Part shown: in pieces, positions 50,401-63,240 of the stretch
Numbering within the stretch: position 1 is the first letter of the stretch
How the letters are laid out: every line of letters starts with the position of its first letter
Assembly (NCBI GenBank): GCA_964106915.2
Contig: OZ066916.1
Direction: 5' to 3' (one strand)
DNA from: Podarcis gaigeae
Taxonomy: Eukaryota
DNA: 64,000 nucleotides
The notes under the pieces: model-generated
Seen by the model: only the letters and a program-made list of their open reading frames with translations
Databases searched by the model: none
Told to the model about the DNA's origin: nothing
Position numbers and translations under genes: made by a program

Positions 50401-52421
50401 TTGTTTTCAGTCCTAACTTCAAAATATATTTACTGTGAAGTGGCCCTGTGATTGTGAGTCGTTTCATCATGACCACAGCTTTGCAACCAACATTTGGAAG
50501 GTTTGTGATTGGATTGCAAAATTGTGGTCTGTCTTGTGCTCAGCCTATTCATTTGACAAGTTCACCACAAACATGTTTGGAGCCTGAATTGAAAACAACT
50601 GGCACAAGGAAAATATCCCTATGACATTACCAAGGCTTAATATTTTGGTGACACATGAGAGTTTAGGGGCAGGCGACTGTGGGACACCAGTATCTCCCCC
50701 TACTTCACCCAAGATACCCCTTGCCACCCAAAGTGACTGGGGCAATCATCTTGAGAATGATTGTTAGTGATCACACATTTTCATTGTGTATTGGGTGTGT
50801 GTCTGCCTGCCTGAATGTGTGTTTGCACCCACACCTATGCCTCTACGTATCTTTCCAATCTGCTAAGTATGTGTATAGCCATGCGCAGGCTACTTTTCTC
50901 TCCCCCTACCCTGTGTGTGTGTGTGCATCTGCTAGCATGCAGACCTTGAAGTCGTGGTGAACTCTCAATGTGGTTTTTGAGCTCCAAAAGATTTGCTACT
51001 TCTGCCCTAAACCATATTCACATTGTAGGTGATTTGCTATCCTTTCTCACTGTGGCCTCGGGATCTCTCCCAAAGGAAGTGAGTTAAACCAAGACTGAAT
51101 AAAAACAAAAGTTTTAATGTTAGAGAAAAGATGTTAAAGGATTCAACAGTTCAAACATTTTAACTTTCCATTAGCCTGAACTGGTTAGTAGCTGTAATGA
51201 TACTTCACATTTCCTCCTTCAGTTCTAACACCTACATAAACGTAGGTTTGTGCAAGTAGAGAGATACCAATAACGTTTTCAATGTCAAGAAGTAATTCTG
51301 ATCATGGCAGGATAATAGTGTGGGTGGAAACTTAAATACATTCAAAGGTTCCATTTGTGACTTTGCTAAAGTTAAATAAGTTTTCCCCCTCTAGGGTCCA
51401 TTGAATGGTCTGGGAGCTTCTGAGGCTATAACACTTACTGAAGTTATGGTCAGGGTTCATCTATGGTAGGAGGTTGACGAGGGTTACATTTTGGGTGGTC
51501 TGATTATACAGAAGTTCTGACTTGAGCTGTTTGGATGGGAATGTTTTAAGGAGTATTTTTTTCTTTCTGCTAAAAGATGGTGTAATGAGCTAGACATTTT
51601 AAATGCTATTGAAGTGGCAATCCTACCTACACTTGCAAGGGAGTAAGCCTCATTCAACCCAGTAAGTCTGACTTTTTATAAAGTATGCATAGGATTGTAC
51701 TGTTATTTGTTATATCTATTTCAGTGTTTTAACTATCCATAGTTACCCATATTTTGCAATGCACTTCTCCAACCAATAGTTACAACAATACCACAGGGGA
51801 AATTTTTAGTGAAAATAATACTCAGAATGGCATTGCTTTAGGGAAATCTGTTTGCATGAATATTAGTCATATAATAATTCTTTATTAGGAGGAATTCACA
51901 CTAAAATTCTGGTGAATTTTCATGAGGATTAAAAAAGAAAATCCACAAATGATTGTAGAATTGCTGTAAAATGTGGACAACTGAATTAAGATTGGAAAAA
52001 TGAGAACTTTGAGAGAACCAAAATTGACATATCTTTCTATCCGTAGTCATAACTAACTTGTCCACTGATTTCAGTAGGTATAGCCTGAATGTGACTTGAA
52101 TTGGGTTCAAACCAATGACTTTATTACTTCATTTTTTTAAATGAAGTAATGCAAGAGACAATGTAGTGCTTAACTTTTTTGGGCTTGAGACAGCAATGAA
52201 GCAGTATATGTGATGCTTCCCTAGTGCACATGCAGTAGCTCCATTCATCTTTATTAAGAGCTTTGTCTTCTGGTCCTTTGACCCCAATAATGTTTCACTC
52301 AATGCATAAACATAAATGTCTCTTAGTGACACTGAATTTCTGGTTTGGTGTGTCTTCCTTCCTTTCTATAGGGTGCCCACCTACAGCAGAATACCATTGT
52401 AACAACAGATTTGCATAGGGG

Positions 52422-53450
52422 AATCATAGAATTGTAGTAGAGCTGGAAAGGACCATGAGGGTCATCTAGTCTAACCCCTGCTATGTAGGAATCTAAAGCA
52501 TCCATGACAGGTGGCCATCCAACCTCTGCTTATAAGTCTCCAAAGAAGGAGAGATCATCACCTCCTGAGGGAATCTGTTCCTCTGGTGAACAGCCCTTAC
52601 CATCAGAAAGTTCTCCCTTTTTTGCAGCTTGAAGCCATTGGCTTCATTCCTACCCTCTGGAGCAGGAGAAAACAAGCTTGCTCCAGCTCCCTACAGTTGT
52701 TGGCTACTTGCGTATACTCTTCTTTCATGATTTCCCCTTTCTTCCATTTCTTATACATACCCTTCTTAAATCTCAGCTCATCTGTAAGCTCCTTATGTAG
52801 CCACATGGGTTTCTTTAGTTGCCTTCCATTTTTCTTTCTAGTTGGAATTGTCTGCATTTGCGCCTTCAATATTTTGCCTTTAATATTTTGCTCATCCACC
52901 TGCGGTAATAAGATATCAAACACACCAGAAATTAAGGGCACAGTGGTTGTGGTTCGAAGAATATATGAACAAACACTGCTCTAAAGATAACATGCTGATA
53001 TGTTTAGACTAAGCTTGTAAGGTGACTTGATGTTATACCATAATAGTACTATAAAAGAAGTAATTACAGAGATAAATGATATGCAATGTAAATAAGAACT
53101 TAAATGACTCAAAGATGACGAGTGCTGTTGGAGGCGAGTCAAATGGGTGTGGAACTTCATCCTTTTTTCTTTCTTACCCTTTCCCTTTACTATCTTTGGG
53201 TTTGGGGGTTGAGTGTGTGTACCTTATTGTTTGTTTGTTTGTAAATATGCTTAAATAAAACATTAAAAAGAAGAAGAAAGAAACGCCCATCCATCTTTGA
53301 CTCCCTTCTCTCTGAGTGTTTCTGACCATGGGACTTCTCCTAGAAGTTCCTTAAGCTTTTTTGAAATCAGCCTTAAGTCCAGAGTGCATGTCCAGCTATA
53401 CTCAGCTTTCTCTTGCCTTTGTATCATGAAATCCAAGGAAGGTAATGAGC
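52422..53450 (-). mobile_element. CR1 LINE, internally deleted and interrupted
   Basis: CR1 3' end at about 52422-52690 (FKLQ..ENFLMVRAV..PSLETYKQRLDGHLS plus TTCTATGATT tail). It joins directly to an ORF2 linker peptide ILKAQMQTIPTRKK...PMWLHKEL (about 52690-52880). The upstream continuation LKELLGEVPWSETLREKGVKDGWAFL lies at about 53280-53450. Confidence 0.85.
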
Positions 53451-56252
53451 ACATGTGCATTCTGTGTATAGAAATCCATAGTCTTTGTCTATAGCCTTTT
53501 TAGACAGAGAGATCTGCAGTCCTCTGTCCCCTTCTAATATCACACCTCCCTGTTCTTTCTCTTATGGAAGTTCCTCTCCCATAAGTGAATGGTTCCTATT
53601 GAATTTTATGGAATAATCCTAAAGGGCTGTACTTAGGAAAGATTGTTGAGGTGAAAGCAAAATATGCAGTCTCTTGACACCATCTTATCTGTGTACTAGG
53701 TAGGACAACATTTGCTTCCACCTTACCAATTTATTTGAGGACAGCTCTTTTATATTATTCCATACTCAATAACAACCATTGATTTCTATGGAGGAAGGTA
53801 GAACTGAAATCTGAAACATTCTTAAGCTGGAGACAAACCCTGATTCTTTTTGCAGGGGCAACAGGATTCCCCCCTCCATCCCAGTAGCTCCACTGATTAC
53901 AGTTATTTTACTTTGCTCCAAATAGTCATGGGACAATTCCTGCTCCTATTCATTTTCATGAGAGAATCCATTATATTATTTATGTACACTTCATTTGTAT
54001 TTTATGAATAACAGAAAGGAGGCATGAAAGCCAAAGTATTTGTGGATGGGATAATTTTTAATGTGGGAAGAGAAGGACATTTACACAAAACTATGAACCC
54101 ATTTATAATGCAGCTGTATTTTAGATTCTCAATTTATTGGAAAGTGATCAAGTTTTATCGCCAGTTGTCTTGTTTACTAGTTGACGTTGTAGTTTCTTAT
54201 TTACAAACACAACAGAAACACAAGCCTCTCTCCATATAAAATGGTGTTATATTGTACTCACAAACATAATAACTTGGCATATAAAATTTTACAGTAAGGC
54301 ACACAGAATTAGCCTGGAACATATAACTCATGTAGCACGTATTTGGTTTTTATTCACAGTTGTCATGCAAGAAAATACTTTTTTCCTGTTGGTCAAAGAC
54401 CAAAAGCATTGTGGAGTTCTTAAATATTTGCATATTTGGTTTACATTGCAGAATGTTTGGGGGAAAATATCAACTAATTCAGAAATCAGTGTACCAAAAG
54501 ATAAGTTTCCTTCCTTATGTCTTATTGCATTCTAATACATCACCCAGCAGTACCTTCTTTGAAAAGTCTTCTGTGCATCAGTGTATCATTACCTGCACTG
54601 CATTCTTTATATGAAAAGGTTTGGTTTATATAAAAATCTCCTATAATTATCTTCACACACTTCTAAAATTAGTAAAACCTGCAAAGACAGTTTAATTGCA
54701 GAGGACAGAATATTTCAAATGAAAATATGCTTGAAGTTCAAGAACAACATGAAGACCCCAAAAATACTTTGACTTTTAGAGTTTTAATATGGTTACATAA
54801 AATCAACTATATAATTACAGTCACTAGAGCTGTTAGGGTTTAGAGATGCACTTGAGATTTTTTTTCAGCAGCTGATGGTTAAAAGAACTTCAGTTAGTAT
54901 TGATTTGCTTAATGCATTTTGTGGATTTTTTTGCATGTATGTTTTATTGTTGTAAAATGCTTTGTTATACTTTTTCACATACAGGAAAAGGATGTAAGTT
55001 TTTTGAAAAATAAATTAAGACATTAATAGCCTGCCTGGAGCTGTAAGGTTACATGATTGACAACATGCCTGCTTTCTCTTCCTGCTGTTGTTACACCAGT
55101 GAATGTCAATCACTCACGTTAAACAGGATAATAATAATGGCAATGCTGTCTGTTCTTAAATCTTAATGCAGATTTTAAAGCTACTCTGAGCAGCTCTTAA
55201 ATGTGGATAAATCTAGGCAAAGGAAATGGTATTATGAGGTGACAAAAGTTTGGAAAACATTGGCATTTATATAGTGTAAGAACATAGCAGTGAAATGCAG
55301 TATTAGAGACCCTTTTAATTAGGGTGGATGGAAAGGACTTTATATTTGGACGTGTTACTTTATAAATGACCCAGGAGGAATCATGGAATCCAAGAGTACA
55401 TCCCTGTTCTACAGCAGTGAGTGAAATAAGTGGCAAATCAGTAGCAAAAGTGCAGTATTAGTTAGCATATTAAATCAAATATAGGTGCTGGATTTTAGAC
55501 TTGGCAATAATATCTTTTGGAAATGATTGAAGTGTAGAGGCTATCCAAATGCAACCTTTCTCTAGCATATTAACCTTTCACAGTATGCTGCCATATCTGC
55601 CTCTGATGTCAACTTTGGCTTTGGTCGTATATCGCTTTACCTGGGAGCAAGCCCCACTGAATTCAATGGTGCTTACTTCTTAGACATGTAGAGGACTGCA
55701 CTTGCTAATACCATGTTCTGTGGATCTGTTGCAACAGGTGACATGCCCTGTGCAATTCCTAACCTTTCATTTGCTGGCATGGGAAGTCTTAGGGAAATGA
55801 CAGTGATTGCATACTTTCTGACAAAAAGACTGGAGATCGACAATTGCTTTTTCAGAGTGTTGAAAGCAGAATTATAGAGGCAATGTGTCCTGTGATATAC
55901 ACACTAATTTCATTTGTCAAAGCTACCAGCTTTGCTCAAACAATCTTTGTAGGCTTTTTGAAGTACTTCAAAACCTTGCATATCCTGTAAACAAAGACAT
56001 ATGTGAAGTGTGTATACACACCAGTGGTGCTTCAATGTTTGCTTGAAAGCTGTTGTAACTGTGCCAGTCAGTTTCAGCAGCCCTCAGGAATATGTGGTAT
56101 TTATCTGGTCTTGGGTACCTGTTCTGGTTATGGGAAGAGGGTCACAGAACAGTGCAGCTGTGTGATTAATTAATATATTTGCCACACTTTAGTTATCTCA
56201 ACTTATAGACGTTGTAAAGGAACTACCGTACATTTCCACACAAATTGATGTA

Positions 56253-57019
56253 CCGTATTTTTTGCTCCATAGGGCGCACCGGACCATAAGGCACACCTAG
56301 TTTTTAGGGGGGGCGGAATAAATAAAAAAAACTGTATTCTCCCCCCCCCCAGCCCCAAAGAGCAAAGAAGCCAAGACAGCGAGTGGGATCCATCCCTCTG
56401 GCTGTCTTGGCTTCCTCTTTAGCCGTGCGCAGCCTCTCCCGCCAGGAGAGGCTGCGTGCGGCTTTGGCAGAAGCCAAGACAGCGAGCAGGATGGATCCCG
56501 CTCGCTGTCTTGGCTTTGTTTTTAGCCACGAGGCTGGGGCGGGGGAAGCCCAAGCTTCCCCCGACCCCAGCCCCCAGAACAGGTCCGGGAGTGGTGGCAA
56601 GGTTACGCACAGCGTTGCCACCGCTCCCGGAGCTTGCGGGGCTGGGGGCGCGCTCCAAAGTCTTTCAGATAGCTGCCTGAAGCCCGGGGAGCGCAGTGGG
56701 AGTTGGCGCTGCGCTCCCCGGACTTCAGGCTGCAGGCTGCTATCCACAAGCCTTCGGAGCGCGGGGGGAACTTCTGCTGCGTTCCAAAGGCTTGCGGATA
56801 GCTGCGGATAGTGCGCACCGACCCCTCTCGCTCTCCAGGCTTCAGCGAAAGCAACGCGAAGGCTGGAGAGCGCGGAGGGAGCTCTCCCTCTGCGCTTCGG
56901 AGGCTTCAAGTTGCTATCACTGAAGCCAAGGAGCCTGCATTCGCTCCATAGGACACACACACACATTTCCCCTTCATTTTTGGAGGGGAAAAGTGCGTCC
57001 TATAGAGCGAAAAATACGG
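56253..57019. mobile_element. Tc1/mariner superfamily (pogo/Tc2-like) non-autonomous element, GC-rich
   Basis: TIRs CCGTATTTTTTGCTCCATAGGGCGCAC / GTGCGTCCTATAGAGCGAAAAATACGG. TA TSDs at 56251-52 and 57020-21. Confidence 0.9.
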
Positions 57020-57099
57020 TAATAAAAATTTTAAATGAAATGCAGATTTATTTGGAACAGTGTAAACTGGATTGGAAGCTTGCAGGGAGATGGTGCTGA

Positions 57100-57622
57100 C
57101 AGTGGCATCGCAAGGTGGGGGGGGGGCGGTGTGCCCCGGGTTCCACGTCTGGGAGGGTGACAAGGCGGCACCCTGTCGGAAGCTTATCCTGCCGCCCTGG
57201 CCCGGGCACAGTGGCGTGAGCAGCCATTGCGCCACCGCAGCCGCAAGCAGAGGCTCCTGCCACCGTCTGTACAGCTCTTGGGCGGTGCCGGCGGCAAACC
57301 ACTATGTACAACACATGCGCGGCGCTGCATGCATGCACTGTGCATAGCAACGCCGCACATGCGCTGTACATAGTGGTTTGCCACAGGCGCCGCTGGAGCG
57401 CCATATGGACAGCAGTAGGATCCCTCCTCCCCAGCTCGCCATAAGCGGCTCTTGCTTGGGGTACTTGGGAGTTGTGGGGGTGGGGGCGCAGGGGCATAGG
57501 AAGGAGGGGTGGACATGCGGCGCCCGCCTGCGACTCCCAAGCCTACCCCGAGCTGTTGATGTGGGGGGAGGGGTGACAAAAAAAATCCGCACCGGGTACC
57601 ACCTGGGCTTGCTACACCTCTG
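57100..57622. mobile_element. Non-autonomous hAT element with internal palindrome
   Basis: TIRs CAGTGGCATCGC / GCTACACCTCTG. TSD GGTGCTGA / GGTGCAGA (7/8). Confidence 0.8.
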
Positions 57623-57818
57623 GGTGCAGATATTTACATTTGCAAGTTTCAACCGGCCCACTGTGGCAGTGACGTTAATTTGGGGTGAAGCAGAAAAAAA
57701 CGGCCGACAAGGAAAGGATTAAGCTTTAAGCACCATATTTCTAGCTTCACCACGCACACACATACAAAAAGATTACTGCACATATTGGAAACAAAAACAC
57801 AACTATAAATTCTAGGTA

Positions 57819-58060
57819 CAGTGGTACCTCGGGTTACATACACTTCAAGTTACATACGCTTCAGGTTATAGACTCCGCTAACCCATAAATATTACCTCAG
57901 GTTAAGAACTTTGCTTCAGGGTGAGAACAGAAATCATGCTCCGGCGGCTCAGCAGCAGCAGGAGGCCCCATTAGCTAAAGTGGTGCTTCAGGTTAAGTAC
58001 AGTTTCAGGTTAAGAACGGACCTCTGGAACGAATTAAGTACTAAACCTGAGGTACCACTG
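57819..58060. mobile_element. Tc1/mariner (pogo/Tigger-like) MITE, copy 2
   Basis: TA-CAGTGGTACCTC...GAGGTACCACTG-TA. Near-identical to 7130-7371. Confidence 0.92.
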
Positions 58061-59975
58061 TATATACCTCTATTTATGGTCTCATAATACGTGTTTTACA
58101 TTCAGCAAGTTCTCATACCACACAGTGGATCTTATAAAGTCAGAACTCATGAACTATATATGGTTTTATGTCTCATCATTAGTCTTTTATTTATAGGATA
58201 TTCTGGTTGATCTTATAAAATGTGATTGAAGTTTATGCCATAAGAATATGTAAGATTATAACATATTGCAAGACTTGTGATTTTTCATTTCCACAGATTC
58301 TGTGGAAAAAATATCTAAATATGCATAGGATAACTTACACTTTGTGATCTATACCTTTGGAGTCCTTTTAATAAAAGGGGAATTCACATTAAATAAATTC
58401 ACAAACAGGTGTCATCAAAGGCAAGGTGATCTATCACATTAAAGGATTAATCCCAAGGAAGTTCCCTAATCCAGCTCTTTCAATTTAGTCTTAAAATATA
58501 AATATGCAACCCATCCACTGAACAGAGTATTGGTACATACAGACAGGTGCCTGGCTTTATCAGAAATATACAGCTAAGGCAGCACTTGCAGACAATCTGG
58601 CCCTTTGAGATTTTTCTTTATTTTGCAAAACTTACCTTCTCTGAAAAGGAATACTTATGTGATCAGAAGTATCTCATCCTTTTGATATACAGTGGTAGAA
58701 AACACAATTTGTGACATGCCAATTTAATTCAGCTCTCATAACAACTTGTAAGAGATAAGGAGGTTGTCAGAAAGATACCATTGGATGTTCAGGGACTGCT
58801 TTTGAAGTTTCTCTGAACTGACAGCTAATAAGAAGCTCTCTTTGATAAGTTATTTTTGAATGTACATACATTCTACTGTTATGTTTGATTTTCATCTAGA
58901 AGATGTTTTAACTATGTGCTTTGTTTGGTGTCTCTAATGTAAAATCAGCTACCTAGCTGAAACTTTGTTAATTTCCTTACATATTTTTCCTAGTGGGATT
59001 TTTGTTTAAAATACACCATGTAGAAGAAGACAGGAACTCCACATTAAAAGTGATACAGTGGAGCAGCATTGAAAGTGTTTGGTTTGATAGCCATGTATAT
59101 TTTCTCTAAAGATATTAAATTGTAGGTATACAACATAAGATGCATCAAATATTTGGTTTTACAGTCAATCAAAAAGTGTTAATTTTGCCTGCAAATCAAC
59201 TTCATGAAAGATGTTGAGTATAAAATGCAGAGGCTCATTGCTGTTGAATTCATTGTGGATAAGAGGACTGGGCATTGCAAAGAGCAGGAGGAATAAGATC
59301 TTGCAGGTGCTGAAGTGGAGTAAATTTAGGACCAGCTGGTTCTGTCCTGCTTCTTTGTACAGTGTTTTAAAAGTTATTGTGTGTAGGTTTTTTCTGTGTC
59401 AAGTGAACACCTTTAGCATTCTTTTCTCCTATGTGGTAAAACTAATATGCTGAGAAAGCTAAAACAATTCTATGATTCTATGAACTTTTCTTATCTGCAT
59501 AACCCTGAAGGCGCTAGGGTATCTTTACATCCATTTAAAGCAATGGAGGAGAGGAAGGAGACTTCATTTTGGTGTGAGTTGATTTGGACCAAGAGTTCCA
59601 CAAGAAGTGCCTACAACTTGCTTTTTAAATTAGCAATTTAAAAAGTAGTAACAACAAAGCTGTATCTTAAGGGCATATATAGCATTTTACATTGAAAGCC
59701 AAGTAAAAAAGCAAGCTTTGTTAAAGGATAGGTGCATTTTGTGCCTAGAATGTATTATGCAATTTTGAACACAGAGATAGAATTTCTGTAATTATTCTGG
59801 CTGCACTACATATACACTCACAGAATTACAGATAATTTTGCCAGGGTACAAATAAGCAGGAAGCCAGGAGATAATGGCATAGGACTGTGGAGAAAGGCTG
59901 ATGGAAAGGGACAGCAGTGAAACACTATCCGATGAAAACTTAGTAAAGATGCATTTGGTTTCAGAGGGTGATATC

Positions 59976-60105
59976 CAGGCCTTTTTTCAGCAGGACTTCT
60001 GTGGAACTCAGTTCCAGCATCTCTCAGGTGGGTGCCATTGCCATTCTAAAAGAGCAAGGGAGGTGTTCATTTCCGCCACTTCTTTTTCTAGAAAAAATGG
60101 CACTG
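59976..60105. mobile_element. Short hAT-like MITE
   Basis: CAGGCCTTTTTTC ... GAAAAAATGGCACTG ends. TSD GTGATATC / CTGATATC (7/8). Confidence 0.6.
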
Positions 60106-60170
60106 CTGATATCCAACATTAAGGCAATTCAGAGTAGATTCAGATCATTGGACTTAAGGCAATTAAGTCT

Positions 60171-60519
60171 GTTGTTGTTGTTGTTTAATCGTTTAGTCAT
60201 GTCCGACTCTTCGTGACCCCATGGACCAGAGCACGCCAGGCACTCCTCTCTTCCACTGCCTCCCACAGTTTGGTCAGACTCATGTTTGTAGCTTCAAGAA
60301 CACTGTCCATCCATCTCGTTCTCTGTCATCCCCTTCTTCTTGTGCCCTCAATCTTTCCCAACATCAGGGTCTTTTCCAGGGAGTCTTCTCTTCTCATGAG
60401 GTGGCCAAAGTATTGGAGCCTCAGCTTCATGATCTGTCCTTCCAGTGAGCACTCAGGGCTGATTTCCTTAAGAATGGATACATTTGAACTTCTTGCAGTC
60501 CATGGGACTCTTGAGAGTC
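60171..60519 (-). mobile_element. BovB (RTE) LINE 3' fragment
   Basis: Near-identical to 29101-29435. (CAA)n tail on the minus strand. Candidate TSD AAGTCT (60165-70, 60520-25). Confidence 0.9.
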
Positions 60520-63240
60520 AAGTCTACTCAGAGTGATACATGGATTTCACACAGAATGTTTCACATGCTTTTCTTTTCTGAACCATGTGGGTAAAAACAA
60601 AGGGCATTTTCCAACACTGCAGTTTTTAGATATGTCTAAGGTTTTTAATTGTAGATCTAAAAATACAAGCAGGTTTTTGAAAACATTTATGTCTTGCAGG
60701 TTTACTCAGCAGAGAGTGACTGTTAGCTTCAGCACCTTGTTTGTTTGTTCTTCTGCCAAAAAGAAGGGAGAAGGAAATACTGTAGTGGGGGGGGGGGGGA
60801 GTCATTCTGCTCATGCAGTGACTTATTTGGAATGCAACCCTTATAATCTAAAAGACACGATGCAAAGGGAAAAACAGGTGAGGAGGACTGAGAAAAAACA
60901 AAGTGATACACTGATTCTTCTTGTAATGACCAGCTGGGATGGAAATAGTTCAAGTAGCCTGATGGAATGGCTACTGCTGGATGACTGATGAATGAGAAGA
61001 AGAGATATAGGCAGGTGCTTTTACACTCAGACATAAACCTAGGTTTGCTACTATATTATTTTTGAAGTTGCAATTTGGCCACAAAAGGTATTTGATAAAC
61101 AGGAATGGAGGCAAATTAGTCAAGGGTTAGGAAAAAAGGGAATAGAACAGTGCAGCGATCTCTTACAGATCAGCTTATAAAGCTGTTGATCCTCTGGTGT
61201 ATTGAAAACCTTGGCTTGATCTAGACACATCAAAGTGTTTCAGTTTAAAGCCTTGTAAATTTAAACAGGGAAATCAGGTAGAGAAAAACAGAACTCCACA
61301 TTACCATCTGGTGGCATAATGTTATATTGTACACACAACGCATATAAATTGTTTTTTCTTTACCAGTCTAGCTGAGTCCCTGGTGTAAGTAGCTCCACTC
61401 TCAGAGGAGGAGGAGGCGTACTTTTGGGTGCTTTCAGCTGTGTAGCATGGAGGAGTGTGCATGTAACCTTTCTGCTCTGACTTCTACACAAAGAGGGAAT
61501 GGATCTGAGCGATGCCTCTGAAACACAAAAGCAGCCTTTAATCAAGAGCCTAAGTGCTGTGTGGAGTTCATGCAAGGGCAGAGGATGCAAACACTCCTGT
61601 ATATAACATGCATTTTTGTAGCTACCAAACATTTTTGAGTGTAGCATAGTGGATGGAGTCCTTGCTTGAAAGTAGAACAGGGAGACATGGGCTTATTGTT
61701 ACAACGAAGGGTATGATTTTTAATTATTTCCTTCATATTTCTGTAAACAACTGGTGATTTCGTGACATCTCTCAGAATGTAATAGAGACAAAGAGAAGTA
61801 ATAATTTCAGTTTCTTTAAACTTAATTTGAATCAAGAAACATTGCATTGATTTTACTAGCATAAAAATAGGTCATTAGACCTTCAAGCTGTCCAGCTGCA
61901 CAGAGTGTCATAGATAAGCAGTGAACTGAACACTGAGAATCCATATCCAGAACTCCACAGTTTTGACTGTGTCTCAGACAGCACACCATTTCACACAGCT
62001 GCTTTTATTTCAGAAGGTTTATATAGCTCATAATTATTTTTAAACATTTCTGCCATATACGGTGTACTGTCAACAGAATTATCTATGAAGAGTGTATACA
62101 TATAGTCATCAAAAGAGTAACATGATATCTGCTATCTGAGGCGTTATGTTTGTGTTTGGAGACCAGGATAACACCAATGATTCAAAAGATTCTTCTGTCA
62201 AGAGAGAGAGAGAATGAAAGTTTGGGTAAAGTTTATATTGAACTTTGTGACAAGTTATATTTACTATCAACATGATGTCTCCAAAGGAGACAGTAAAGGT
62301 CATATCATTGTAATGGCATGTGTGCCTCTGAAGGAAAAGGCATGTCATCATATGTCACACCTGCCTTAAGTTTATAACATAGCATCTTAGTCTCAAAAGC
62401 CAATATAACAGGTGTGTGACATATCTTTCATTTCCCTGACACCCCTGGGAGGTGACACACAAAACTGAATCCTGCACCAATAGAATATCCTTAAAAAACA
62501 CACAAATGAAATGTGAGAAAGAGGCTGCATCAATCCAGGGTATATACGTGAACTGAAATTTCACGTATCCCTTCACCCCATCAACTACCTCCCCTAGTTC
62601 AAGAAGTGTTTGCAATCTCTAACTCATTTCTATTCTTTTCCTTATTCTGTCTTCATGATGAAAACAAAACAATGCAGAATATTTGCTAGTTGCCTATTTA
62701 CTAGCCATGCCTGCTTTTCACAAATTTGCGGTTTCCCCTAGAGACTTTTTTTAAGTGTGGGAGGAAACCGAAACCCACCCATAAATACATCCTTAGAAAT
62801 ATCATAGCTGGGCTGACCTGGAATAGCCCAGTGTGTTCTGTACATGATATGTTTTTTTACTACAGAAGGGCTGGTTCCAGAGAGTGTTAGAATTAAGCAA
62901 GATCCTGCCCAACAGCACCATCACTCTGCACTAAGCATTCAGCAAGTTGAAAAGATTCTTAGTTTACATGCCCTCCACAAAAATAAATACTGCTCAGGTA
63001 TAGAAAGTTGTGTACAATACGTGTTTCATTGTAGGAAGTGGGGCCTCAGAGCAACTGTACACCTATTAATAAACCATTTGCTGTTTTTAAAAAGTCTGCT
63101 CTTGACTAGGTTTTGGGCTGAAATACTTGCTGTAGCTTCAGAATTATATACGGCACCATTTCCTTGGAAAGTGAAGGCACCACTTTAAAATTATGGCCTT
63201 GCCCCCACCCCCGGCGCTCCAGTTATTTCACAAAGATATA

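Noticed and set aside
56304-57722. Overlapping ORFs of 110-220 aa in the GC-rich block
   Set aside because: They lie within or span TIR/TSD-bounded non-autonomous transposons, show no transposase or other domain, and are explained by stop-codon scarcity in GC-rich DNA.
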